From contig LJUJ01000009.1 of NCBI GenBank assembly GCA_001303785.1, forward strand, positions 43,569 to 107,568: DNA of 64,000 nt, given 5' to 3'. The position numbers and the translations under genes were made by a program. Below the pieces are notes generated by a model. The model did no database searches. It saw only the letters and a list, made by a program, of their open reading frames with translations, and was not told where the DNA came from. The stretch is from a candidate division WOR_3 bacterium SM23_42. Lineage in GTDB: Bacteria > Hydrothermota > Tepidihabitantia > SM23-42. Shown here one piece after another: positions 17,662 through 26,760 of the stretch. Each line of letters opens with the position of its first letter. Positions within the stretch are counted from its first letter, which is position 1.

Positions 17662-18468
17662 ATGGCAGACGATTCAAAACTAAAACCAATGGGATTGGGT
17701 TTGTCAATTGTGCTGTTCGGGATTCCATCGGTTGTGTTTTTTCTGATCACGAGAGTCTTGATTCCATATTTTCGTGAGAATTCCTCTACACATCCTATTT
17801 TGGTGTGGTTTATTTCTGGCGGTTTGTTCCTTTTCATACCCCTGTTTGTTTTAACATTGATTCTTTACAAAAGTGACAAATATGATTTGGATATGAAAAC
17901 ATTAATTATGCGGTTTCGGTTGACCGAATTACATAGACAGGACTGGATTTGGTCCCTGTGTGCCTTTCTACTGATTCTTATCTTAATGGGAGTAATAATG
18001 GGTCTATGGAAATTACTTTCATTGCACCTTGGTTTGATGCCATTAGATACGACAGCGCCCTTCCTTCAATTTAATCCGCTGCGAGGAGCTGAGGTGTTGT
18101 TTCTGTTGGTTTGGATACCGTTTTTCTTTTTCAATATCGTAGGCGAAGAATTGCTGTGGAGAGGGTATATCCTGCCTAGGCAGGAATTGACGTTTGGAAG
18201 ATACGCTTGGTTCATAAACGGAATATTATGGACCTTCTTTCATTTGTTTTTTGGTTTGCATCTCTTGATTCTGTTATTACCTTCATTATTTATCATTCCG
18301 TATGTTGTTTATAGAAGACAAAAGACACTAATCGGTATAATCATACACGCATTGTTGAACGGGGTTGATTACGGGGTCATTGCCTCTAGCCAAAAGCCGA
18401 CAATGGTTCAGTATATTATTAGGAAGCGCTATGGCGTACTTCTGCAAAGCATGGAAAAGAGCGAGTAG
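17662..18468 (+). CDS. CPBP-family intramembrane glutamic endopeptidase (CAAX protease-like)
   Basis: 268 aa, polytopic, with signature motifs EELLWRGYI, FFHLFF, HALLN. Confidence 0.8.
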   Translation: MADDSKLKPMGLGLSIVLFGIPSVVFFLITRVLIPYFRENSSTHPILVWFISGGLFLFIPLFVLTLILYKSDKYDLDMKTLIMRFRLTELHRQDWIWSLCAFLLILILMGVIMGLWKLLSLHLGLMPLDTTAPFLQFNPLRGAEVLFLLVWIPFFFFNIVGEELLWRGYILPRQELTFGRYAWFINGILWTFFHLFFGLHLLILLLPSLFIIPYVVYRRQKTLIGIIIHALLNGVDYGVIASSQKPTMVQYIIRKRYGVLLQSMEKSE

Positions 18469-18471
18469 ATA

Positions 18472-18816
18472 GTGTTTGTTAAAATATACCGTTATCATAT
18501 CCGGCCCAATAAAACAGAGGAATTTCTTGATATTCAGAAACGCGCCGGCAAGATTTATAGAAAGCATGTTTCTTATCGTGTTGTCTATCTAAAGAATAAG
18601 GAAGATCCTAGAATGTGGTTGGAAATCCAATGGTGCGCTGATGAAGATACGTATCGCCAGGCCATGAACCTAATAAATGCCGAACCAGGAATCAAGAGAC
18701 TATGGCAGGAATTCCAGGAAATACTTGATCCGAGCGATCCAGAAATTCATGAGGAGTATTATGAACAAATTCATTCTGAGGATGGGGGTCCGAAGCGTTC
18801 GTTAGAAGGCTCATAA
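18472..18816 (+). CDS. Small protein, possibly dimeric alpha/beta-barrel (ABM-like)
   Basis: 114-aa ORF with a GTG start 4 nt after the preceding stop. The resemblance to ABM-fold proteins is weak, so function is uncertain. Confidence 0.4.
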   Translation: MFVKIYRYHIRPNKTEEFLDIQKRAGKIYRKHVSYRVVYLKNKEDPRMWLEIQWCADEDTYRQAMNLINAEPGIKRLWQEFQEILDPSDPEIHEEYYEQIHSEDGGPKRSLEGS

Positions 18817-19042
18817 TTTGTGAACAAGAATTACGTTCTTTCCACGATTTGGCGAAATCGAGCCGAAAGACTGATTGATTGGGTCGATGGTGAACGGGTG
18901 ATGAGAGAGTATTCGAGTGACGCCTAGGGCGTCAATAATGTGAGCGCTTTGTGAGAACGACTCTTTATAATTAATAGGAAAGTGCTGTGGCGCTGCTAAT
19001 GGTGTGCAAGACAGGGGTGCACTTGCGGTCTCCGAAGGAACC

Positions 19043-19945
19043 ATGGTTACAATAGCGTGTTTCTTAGTAACGGTTTTAGTGGTTGGCCCAGGTCCAAAGC
19101 AAACCGAGGCACCGCAGAGCATGACCCGGTATTTGCCGGGTGAGAGTGACCTGGAAATGTGGCGACCTGAGGACAGTTCACAGATCTTTGTCGGCGAAGA
19201 CCTTTATGAATTAATCGATGGTGGGGCGGTAATATACTACGAATATGGTTTCAAACAGGTCATTGTGCAGGAGTATCAGAAACCCGATGGCAAGTCAATC
19301 AATCTTGAGATATATGAGATGGATAACTCGGCCAGCGCGTATGGGATATACACATTTCAAAGTGCTGAGGGCGATGAAGTGGAGGTCGGTAGTGAAGGGA
19401 TACAATCGACATATTACTTGCAGTTCTGGAAAGATAAATTCTTTGTAATATTGATCGCTTCCGATACTGAAGAAACTACTTCCAAGGGCCTACTAACGAT
19501 CGCGAGAGAGGTGGATGACAGAATAGCAACCCAAAACCAGCGCCCATCTTTGTGTAATCTAGTAGCGTTAGAAGGCTTGACTCCATCTCATATAGTATAT
19601 ATGAAAGGTCCTTTAGCCTTATCCAACATTTATGATTTTTCCTCAGATGACATCTTCGGATTAAGAGAGGGTGTTGTTGGGAATTATGGAGATTTCAGTG
19701 TATTCGTATTCAAATATCACAGTGATAAGGAGAGTCGTGATCGGTTCACGAATGCACGAGATGAGATGAGTGCTAATCCGCAGATTGAGAATTTTGCCAG
19801 GTATAACGGTGAATGCTTCATGATGGATGAACAAGCTGGAGTAATTCAAATGAGATTGCATCGTAACTACATCTTTGTCTACACCGGTACCGATAAGACG
19901 GATCCACGGGCCATATTCAATAAGTTAGAGAATAATCTTCGCTGA
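19043..19945 (+). CDS. Hypothetical exported/membrane-anchored protein
   Basis: ORF 19004..19945. The internal ATG at 19043 yields an N-terminal hydrophobic anchor (MVTIACFLVTVLVV). No recognisable catalytic motifs. Confidence 0.55.
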   Translation: MVTIACFLVTVLVVGPGPKQTEAPQSMTRYLPGESDLEMWRPEDSSQIFVGEDLYELIDGGAVIYYEYGFKQVIVQEYQKPDGKSINLEIYEMDNSASAYGIYTFQSAEGDEVEVGSEGIQSTYYLQFWKDKFFVILIASDTEETTSKGLLTIAREVDDRIATQNQRPSLCNLVALEGLTPSHIVYMKGPLALSNIYDFSSDDIFGLREGVVGNYGDFSVFVFKYHSDKESRDRFTNARDEMSANPQIENFARYNGECFMMDEQAGVIQMRLHRNYIFVYTGTDKTDPRAIFNKLENNLR

Positions 19946-19990
19946 ATATTTAGGTACTTAGGTGTTTAGGTATTTATCAAGGTGGTGTTC

Positions 19991-21490
19991 ATGAAAATAA
20001 CTCCGTCAAAATCAGCGGTAGTGTCGTTTTTGCTTTTTCTTTTACCGATCTGTATCATACTAGCAGATGATATGAGCCCTTTCGAATATGCGAATGAATT
20101 GCTGTGGGAGCAGAACTACTCCGAGGCAGTAAGTGCTTATGCTAAATTTTTGGAGGCAAATCCTAATCACCGTCTCGCACCTGCGGCTAGGTGGACAATA
20201 GCAAACATCTATCTTGTCATGAACAATGACTATATAAGCGCAGCAGGACTTTTCCAGAAAATAGTCAATGGAAATCTGAACACAGAGTGGGAGATTTTCG
20301 CGTACGACCGGTTAGGTTACTGTTTGGAGGAGCAAGAAAAATGGAAAGAGGCCGCAGAAGTGTATGAACCAGCGGTTCGAAAACTATCGACTTCACGCGA
20401 TGACGTTGTAACCACGGCGTGGATCAATGGGCTTAAGAACAGGCTTCTCTCGTGCTATCGTACCACGCAAGATCATGAAAGCATTATTCTCACGTATCAG
20501 GGAATTCTATCAGAGAATCCCGCTGCTCCGTCCGCCCCAGAAGATCAGTACAATCTTGCCCAAACCTATCTCGATATCAATAATTCAACGGCAGCTGCTG
20601 AAAATTTCGTCTTGGTGGTGGAGCGCTACCCAGTTTCTGACTACGCCCAAAGAGTTCACACCGAACACGCCGATGTGTTGACTTCCCAAGTTGGCTATGA
20701 CTGGGCACCATTTTCTACGTTTCAATCTGGGTTGAGCTTGAGCCAAACAGGACAATATGCAGAGGCTTTGACCCAATTCGATCAGGTCCTCGAGGTCAAA
20801 CGCAATAAGGGAATGGCTTATGCGGCCAGATTCCAACAAGAATTGATTGAATATCGAAAAAGCGGCGACGCGGTTGCCTTAAGAGAGAAAATAGCCTCAA
20901 GCCGTGATGATTACCCCTATGGATTAGGAGGCGTACGCGTTGACCAATTGGATAATCTTTTGGGAGGGATTATCGAGGCACAGGATGGGCTCGCCGCAAA
21001 TCCTGAGGATGTCGGGGGCTACGTGCAAATGGGGCAATGCTATTATTTTACGCAAGCCTACTATCGTGCAATTGAGGTTTATGAGAAGGGTGTAGCCATC
21101 GCGCCTGATAACTCGTATTTTCATAATATGTTGGGTTACAGCTATATGAATTTACAGCAGTACGATGAAGCAATTTCAGCTTTCCAGAGGTTGATTGATA
21201 TTGCCCCTGAAGACCCCAATTCTTATGACAGTATGGCCGAAGGTTACTGTCTTAAAGGGGACACCACCGTGGCCATGCAGTTCTATGAGAGAGCTCTGGC
21301 CACAGACTCTAGTTTTAGTAATCCGTATTTCATGTTGGGGCAGATTTATTATGAACGTGGACAGAATGAGAAGGCCGTTGCTCACTTACGGAGATATCTT
21401 GAAATCGACGCTGGCGGTTTTCGGTCTCAGGACGCCCAACGTCTGTTAGAGCAATTGAATCCACCTTCTTCAAACGATGATGAGCCGTAG
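19991..21490 (+). CDS. Tetratricopeptide-repeat protein with signal peptide
   Basis: ATG at 19991 lies 6 nt after AAGGTGG. Signal-like N-terminus (SAVVSFLLFLLPICIILA). Multiple TPR-like units, e.g. AISAFQRLIDIAPEDPNSYDSMAEGY and AMQFYERALATDSSFSNPYFMLGQIY. Confidence 0.75.
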   Translation: MKITPSKSAVVSFLLFLLPICIILADDMSPFEYANELLWEQNYSEAVSAYAKFLEANPNHRLAPAARWTIANIYLVMNNDYISAAGLFQKIVNGNLNTEWEIFAYDRLGYCLEEQEKWKEAAEVYEPAVRKLSTSRDDVVTTAWINGLKNRLLSCYRTTQDHESIILTYQGILSENPAAPSAPEDQYNLAQTYLDINNSTAAAENFVLVVERYPVSDYAQRVHTEHADVLTSQVGYDWAPFSTFQSGLSLSQTGQYAEALTQFDQVLEVKRNKGMAYAARFQQELIEYRKSGDAVALREKIASSRDDYPYGLGGVRVDQLDNLLGGIIEAQDGLAANPEDVGGYVQMGQCYYFTQAYYRAIEVYEKGVAIAPDNSYFHNMLGYSYMNLQQYDEAISAFQRLIDIAPEDPNSYDSMAEGYCLKGDTTVAMQFYERALATDSSFSNPYFMLGQIYYERGQNEKAVAHLRRYLEIDAGGFRSQDAQRLLEQLNPPSSNDDEP

Positions 21491-21565
21491 ACTATATGTC
21501 ATGTAAGAATGAAATCAATAAGCTATCTGGTAACTTTAGTGTGAAATTGAAATAAAGGAGCCAAT

Positions 21566-22486
21566 ATGGATAAGATATCTCGAAGGGAGTTCTTGATTAG
21601 AGGAGCCGCTATGGGGCTTGCATATGCGGGTTTGGGGCTAATCTCAACGCCGAATATTTTAGAAGCAGTGACTGAGCCAGCTCCTTTAGGTACGTTAGAC
21701 TTAGCCGTAGCCAAAGGAGGCGACCCTGCCAGTAATACACTAAAGGCTATTCAAGCCTTGGGCGGCATCGAAAGATTTGTCAAGAAGGGCTACAAAGTAG
21801 CGCTGAAGCCCAATTGTCTTGCGGCGAACCCGCCTGAAATAGGATCAACCACTAATCCCGCTGTGATGGAGATAGTGGTGAAGATGTGTCTGCAGGCTGG
21901 CGCCCGTGAGGTGGTGGTAGTAAGCCATGACCCCGAAAGAAGTTTTCAGATCAGCGGAGTCATGGAGGCATGTTCTATGGCTGGAGCGAGGGTGGTAGCT
22001 GCAAACAGTAGAGACCTTTATCAAAGTGTACCCGTGCTACGAGGGAGATTGCTTCAGAATGTTGAGATTATCAAAGAAATTTTGGATGCAGATGTGTTTG
22101 TTAATATACCGATTGCCAAACACCATAGTCAGACAGGCTTGACGCTTAGTATGAAAAATCTGATGGGCATTAATTGGGACCGACGCTATTTTCATCTGAA
22201 TGGACTGGATCAAGCCATTGCAGATTTGAGTACTGTGCTTAGACCCCACCTTATTGTTATGGACGCTAATAGAATTCTATTGACCAATGGTCCAGGTGGG
22301 CCTGGTCAAACCAGGGATACGCAAACTGTCATCGCTGGGACCGATCAAGTTGCTGTTGATGCCTATTGTACCACCCTTTTCAATAGGACTCCCCAAGAAA
22401 TACGGCACATTCAGTATGCATATGAACTAGGCGTGGGCGAGATGGACCTGAAGAATCTCAACATCAAGGAAATTTCTGTGAATTGA
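21566..22486 (+). CDS. DUF362-domain protein with twin-arginine (Tat) signal
   Basis: 306 aa. Tat-like N-terminus SRREFLIRGAAMGLAYAGLG. DUF362-like core (ALKPNC...AKHHSQTGLTLSMKNLMG). Confidence 0.65.
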   Translation: MDKISRREFLIRGAAMGLAYAGLGLISTPNILEAVTEPAPLGTLDLAVAKGGDPASNTLKAIQALGGIERFVKKGYKVALKPNCLAANPPEIGSTTNPAVMEIVVKMCLQAGAREVVVVSHDPERSFQISGVMEACSMAGARVVAANSRDLYQSVPVLRGRLLQNVEIIKEILDADVFVNIPIAKHHSQTGLTLSMKNLMGINWDRRYFHLNGLDQAIADLSTVLRPHLIVMDANRILLTNGPGGPGQTRDTQTVIAGTDQVAVDAYCTTLFNRTPQEIRHIQYAYELGVGEMDLKNLNIKEISVN

Positions 22487-22514
22487 TGACCATGCAATAA
22501 AGAAAAGGAGGGGC

Positions 22515-22784
22515 ATGATGTTGCCAGACAAGCAAGACAAGGCGTTTTCTGATTTCTATGACTCGGCTCGTCATAATGACATACTTGAACCCAAAATGAC
22601 CCTCATGATCCACCTGGCGAGTGCCATGGCGGTCGGATGTGGTGCCTGACTCAGGCATTACCTTGGCGTGGCCAAGGAGCAGGGTATTACCGATGATGAA
22701 GTCGGGGTCGTGCTCTCGATTGTGATGACGGTTGCCGCAGGTAGAGTCAAGACCCGCGTTAAGGAAGCGTGTGCTTTGGAGTAA
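22515..22784 (+). CDS. Carboxymuconolactone decarboxylase (AhpD-like) family protein with in-frame UGA: probable selenoprotein (CxxU)
   Basis: Absent from the ORF track because of the TGA at 22647-22649. ATG at 22515 follows AAAGGAGGGG. The same frame reads MMLPDKQDKAFSDFYDSARHNDILEPKMTLMIHLASAMAVGCGA[U]LRHYLGVAKEQGITDDEVGVVLSIVMTVAAGRVKTRVKEACALE. TGA replaces the second Cys of the CMD/AhpD CxxC redox motif. A hairpin lies downstream. Confidence 0.7.
22661..22677 (+). promoter_or_regulatory. Candidate bacterial SECIS hairpin
   Basis: CCTTGGC GTG GCCAAGG: a perfect 7-bp stem with a GUG apical loop, starting 14 nt after the U of the in-frame UGA at 22647. Confidence 0.5.
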
Positions 22785-22946
22785 AAGAGCTGGAAGCGAG
22801 TTCCATCTGCTCGCTTTCGGGGCTAAGCAATGCATCTGTCTTTGTTGAGCCGTTGGGTTTCGTGTCGAAGATTATTCATAAGATAGCAAAGCAAAGATTT
22901 GACCCGATAGCATATTTTTGGCAATAAGACCGGGAGGAAGTGTACG

Positions 22947-24806
22947 ATGAAAGAAATGTTTCGTGTTTGGGTGATCATAATCATGGCTCTTGTTTGTGTA
23001 GTATTTAGTGGTTGTGACTTGGGGTCTGGAAAACAAGGTGTCAACGCTCTGCTCTTGGTACCACGCAATGCCGGTGCGAATTATTACCTGATGCGTGATG
23101 TGCTGGAAGAATACGGTTGGAATGTGATACACACTGGGGTGTTGGATACAATCACGCCTTGCCCGTGGTTCGCGACACACGGCGTGGTGTACCCGTTTGT
23201 TCCTGATGTGCGGTTAGAAGACATAACCGATATCAGAGACTATGATTGTCTAATAATAACGCCCGCTGCAGGCAATGCTGCTCCTATCGAGAATTCACAT
23301 GCTGACATTCTTGAAAGTTCACAAGCGCTCAGCCTCATAAAGCGGGCAGACTATTACGGCCTTGCTGTGTTTAGTATGTGTGCCGGGGTTCGTGTCTTGG
23401 CTGCGGCCGATGTCGTGAGAGAAAGGTTTATTGTCGGCGCACCTCGCTTTCGAGAAGAGTATGTGGCAGCCGGCGCCAACTATGTGGGGCGTCCGAGAAA
23501 CGATAACCCTCCTACGATTGATAGGAATATCATTACCAGTGCGCGCGGGCAGACTTATAACTACGCAAATGTAATGGCTATCGCTACGGTCATCGAAGGT
23601 AATCAGGGCAGGGGCGGTAAGAAGTCGCCAAGCAAAGACATTGTCTCTATGAGTTCTATTGATTATTCGCATGAGGATGTTGTCTGGGCGAAATCCTATG
23701 GCGGGTCAGGTGCTGATGGTGGCCGTGCTTTCTGTGAGACGCCTACAGGAGGGCACCTGATTGTGGGTTATACATTTGCTCCCGGCGCAGTCGACGCAGA
23801 TATGCTTGTGCTGAAAGTTGATGCGAATGGGGATATGGTTTGGTCGAGGTCGTTCGGAGGTGTGGGTACTGAATATGGTAATGCTTGTCTAGCTCTGGAC
23901 GATGGGTATTTGCTCCTCGGCTACACAACATCTTATGGCGAGGGTTCCAAGGATGTCTATTTGGTGAGAATAGATGAAGATGGTAACGATATATGGTCGA
24001 AGACCTATGGCGGGAAGAGTTGGGACGTTGGTACCGCGATGTGTAGAGCCGATAATGATAATTACTACATCTGCGGGTTTAGTCACTCATTTGGTGTAGG
24101 TGAGGAAGACATATATCTGATAAAAATCGACCAAGAGGGTAACGAAATTTGGTCAGAGAGATTTGGAGGTTTCAGGATCGACATGGCAAACTCGATCCAC
24201 AGCACGCCAGACGGCGGTTGTCTAGTCGGTGCTACTTGTGGCAGTTACAGCCCCAACACAGATTTTTGCCTGGTGAAAATAGATGCTTCTGGCATGCAGG
24301 AATGGAGGAAAACTTATAGCGCAACCGGTACTCACGGCCACGGTTTTGATTGGTGCAAGAGTTCGTCCGCTACCAATGACGGGGGCACCGTTATGACGGG
24401 CTATTCTGACTGTAACGACATGATGGACGTGGTAGTAGTCAAGACTGACGATGAGGGCAATGAACAGTGGTTGCGTACTTTTGGCAATCACCCGTTTTAT
24501 GATTATGGTAATGCCGTATGCCAGTCATACGACGGTTATATCGTGGCCGGTATTACAAAGTCAATGACAAAACCAACCGATACGAGCCGGAAAATATACA
24601 ACAACGATATTTATCTCGTGAGACTAGACACCAAAGGAAATATAAGAGGCAAACAGACAATCGGTGGTATTGGATCAGACTGGGCGAACACGGTAATGGC
24701 TACGCAGGGGGGTAATGTTTTAGTATGTGGTCACGCGGAGAACGGTGCTATGGCTTCGCTCGATGTATGTTTACTAAAAATCAGAATGTCGGATGAAGGG
24801 CGATAA
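22947..24806 (+). CDS. Lipoprotein: DJ-1/PfpI-like domain fused to about seven tandem beta-propeller-like repeats
   Basis: 619 aa. Signal peptide with lipobox (VVFSGC). DJ-1/PfpI nucleophile-elbow context (FSMCAGVRVLAAA). This is followed by ~50-aa repeats with the pattern DGGYL-VGYT...D-YLVKID--GN--WSKTYGG. Confidence 0.7.
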   Translation: MKEMFRVWVIIIMALVCVVFSGCDLGSGKQGVNALLLVPRNAGANYYLMRDVLEEYGWNVIHTGVLDTITPCPWFATHGVVYPFVPDVRLEDITDIRDYDCLIITPAAGNAAPIENSHADILESSQALSLIKRADYYGLAVFSMCAGVRVLAAADVVRERFIVGAPRFREEYVAAGANYVGRPRNDNPPTIDRNIITSARGQTYNYANVMAIATVIEGNQGRGGKKSPSKDIVSMSSIDYSHEDVVWAKSYGGSGADGGRAFCETPTGGHLIVGYTFAPGAVDADMLVLKVDANGDMVWSRSFGGVGTEYGNACLALDDGYLLLGYTTSYGEGSKDVYLVRIDEDGNDIWSKTYGGKSWDVGTAMCRADNDNYYICGFSHSFGVGEEDIYLIKIDQEGNEIWSERFGGFRIDMANSIHSTPDGGCLVGATCGSYSPNTDFCLVKIDASGMQEWRKTYSATGTHGHGFDWCKSSSATNDGGTVMTGYSDCNDMMDVVVVKTDDEGNEQWLRTFGNHPFYDYGNAVCQSYDGYIVAGITKSMTKPTDTSRKIYNNDIYLVRLDTKGNIRGKQTIGGIGSDWANTVMATQGGNVLVCGHAENGAMASLDVCLLKIRMSDEGR

Positions 24807-25452
24807 ACTCGTTGTCAGAGAAGAACATACCAAGGCTGCTCGCAAGATAGCAAAGTTGCTCTTTCCGCCGAATACGAGGCGGGAAGGGAAATTCATTCTC
24901 ACCATAGCCGGTGAATCTGGCAGTGGGAAATCTGAGATTGCCTCGGCTCTTTCGGAATTGCTTTCTCATAAAGGCATAAAGAGTATTATACTACAACAGG
25001 ATGATTACTTTGTATATCCCCCTAAAACAAACGCTGGCATGCGAAAGAAGGATATCCGGCATGTTGGACTGCAGGAGGTCAGGCTTGACTTGCTTGATGA
25101 GAATCTTGTAAGTATCATGGAGGGTAGCGTCACGATCGATAAGCCATTGGTCATTTTTGACGAGGATAGAATTACTCAGGAAACCGTAAACCTAGATGGG
25201 GTCGGCGTGGTCATTGTTGAGGGGACTTATACCACTGTTCTGAAGCATGCCCACCAACGTGTTTTCATTGACCGAACGTTTCTTGACACTAAAGAAATAC
25301 GCAAAAAAAGAGCCAGGGAAGAGCAGGACAGATTCCTTGATGAAATCCTACAGATTGAGCACAGAATCATATCATCTCACCTGCCCCAAGCAACAATCAT
25401 CGTGACCCGTGATTACGATGTGAGAGAGGTTAAGAGGCATCGGGGAACATAA
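24793..25452 (+). CDS. P-loop kinase of the uridine kinase/phosphoribulokinase family
   Basis: 219 aa. Walker A IAGESGSGKSEIA, then QQDDYF and VIVEGTY spaced as in uridine kinases. Overlaps the previous gene by 14 nt. Confidence 0.6.
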   Translation: MKGDKLVVREEHTKAARKIAKLLFPPNTRREGKFILTIAGESGSGKSEIASALSELLSHKGIKSIILQQDDYFVYPPKTNAGMRKKDIRHVGLQEVRLDLLDENLVSIMEGSVTIDKPLVIFDEDRITQETVNLDGVGVVIVEGTYTTVLKHAHQRVFIDRTFLDTKEIRKKRAREEQDRFLDEILQIEHRIISSHLPQATIIVTRDYDVREVKRHRGT

Positions 25453-25471
25453 GAACAAAATTGCTAACCAC

Positions 25472-26710
25472 GTGTGCATGCTGAGCACACACGGTTATTT
25501 TGACCCGGTACCTCAGTTGGGCAGGACCGACACCGGGGGACAAGTGGTTTATGTGCTTCAACTCGCCAAGGCTCTTGCTCGGCAGGGGATGAGAGTGGAT
25601 ATTTATACGAGATGGTTTGATCCCTCGAGTAAGCAGGTCGCCCCCGTTCCTGAGAACCAAGATGTCAGAGTCATCCGCATACGCGCCGGAGCCTGGCAAT
25701 TCATCCCCAAAGAGGATATTTATGGTGTTCTGCCAGAACTGGCAAAAAACATGATCGGATTCATCAAGAAAAATGGATTGCGCTATGAATTCTTCCACGG
25801 CCACTACGTAGATGCTGGAATCGTCACACTCGAGGTTGCCAAGGCATTTGATAAACCTTCCTTTTTCACGGCGCATTCAATAGGAGCATGGAAGCGTGAG
25901 CAGATGGGTGGAGATCCTGAAGTGATGGAGAAAAAGTACAAATTCAAACACCGGGTATCAGAGGAGCTTCGCATCTTCAAATCGGTGAGGGCACAAACCG
26001 TAACAACCGAGACCCAGAGAAAAAAAATTGAGGAGTTGTATGGGTTCTCCTCAGACAATATTGTTGTGATATCTCCGGGAGTGGATGTTCACACCTTTCG
26101 TCCTGCTGACGCCACCGGAGTAGTGTTAGAAACAGGATTACCAAAAAAGTACATTTTCTGTTTGAGTCGAATCGACTCTAATAAAGGGCATGCGCTTTTG
26201 CTCAGAGCTTTTGACCATGTAAGAAAGGAGATACGAGACATCCACCTTGTCATTGGTGGTGGATCAGCCCAACCCCAGCGAACTGAACAAGAAGTCTTTG
26301 ATACGATGAAACAAATCGTCGATGAGTTAGGTATGCATGAATGCGTGCATATCATAGGCTATGTGGCCGATGAACTTCTTGTGCCGTGCTATCAGCACGC
26401 GGAGTTGTTTGCACTACCGTCCATCTTTGAACCCTTTGGCATGACCGCCTTGGAGGCCATGGCCTGTGGCAAACCGGTCGTAGCCTCTAGATTCGGAGGC
26501 ATCAGAAATGTCATTTCCTCGGGGGAAAGTGGTTTGTTGATAGATCCATCGAATGAAAAGGAATTTGCTGACGCAATGATCAAACTGTTGAAGGAACCGC
26601 AGTTGGCTGAGCGTATGGGGCAGAAGGGATGTGAAACCATCAAGGGACATTTCAGCTGGGAGGCTATTGCGGAGAAACATATCGGCTTCTATGAAAAATT
26701 CACAAGTTAG
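25472..26710 (+). CDS. GT4-family glycosyltransferase, sucrose-phosphate-synthase-like
   Basis: 412 aa. N-terminal STHGYFDPVPQLGRTDTGGQVVYVLQLAKAL is the SPS/sucrose-synthase-type signature. C-terminal GT-B motif PSIFEPFGMTALEAMACGKPVVAS. The GTG start is uncertain. Confidence 0.65.
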   Translation: MCMLSTHGYFDPVPQLGRTDTGGQVVYVLQLAKALARQGMRVDIYTRWFDPSSKQVAPVPENQDVRVIRIRAGAWQFIPKEDIYGVLPELAKNMIGFIKKNGLRYEFFHGHYVDAGIVTLEVAKAFDKPSFFTAHSIGAWKREQMGGDPEVMEKKYKFKHRVSEELRIFKSVRAQTVTTETQRKKIEELYGFSSDNIVVISPGVDVHTFRPADATGVVLETGLPKKYIFCLSRIDSNKGHALLLRAFDHVRKEIRDIHLVIGGGSAQPQRTEQEVFDTMKQIVDELGMHECVHIIGYVADELLVPCYQHAELFALPSIFEPFGMTALEAMACGKPVVASRFGGIRNVISSGESGLLIDPSNEKEFADAMIKLLKEPQLAERMGQKGCETIKGHFSWEAIAEKHIGFYEKFTS

Positions 26711-26760
26711 TATTACGACAAGGCTTTGATGAAATGGTATGAAACACCGAGGCGACAAGA

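Noticed and set aside
22464-22835. Minus-strand 123-aa ORF covering the gap between the DUF362 gene and the lipoprotein gene
   Set aside because: It has no recognisable motifs. The + strand here encodes a coherent AhpD/CMD-like domain once the UGA is read through, which explains the region better.
24793-26710. Uridine-kinase-like plus SPS-like glycosyltransferase as a defined sucrose-synthesis operon
   Set aside because: No sucrose-phosphate phosphatase (HAD) domain or gene is visible, and the kinase family assignment is generic. The idea is mentioned only as context under the KamA finding.
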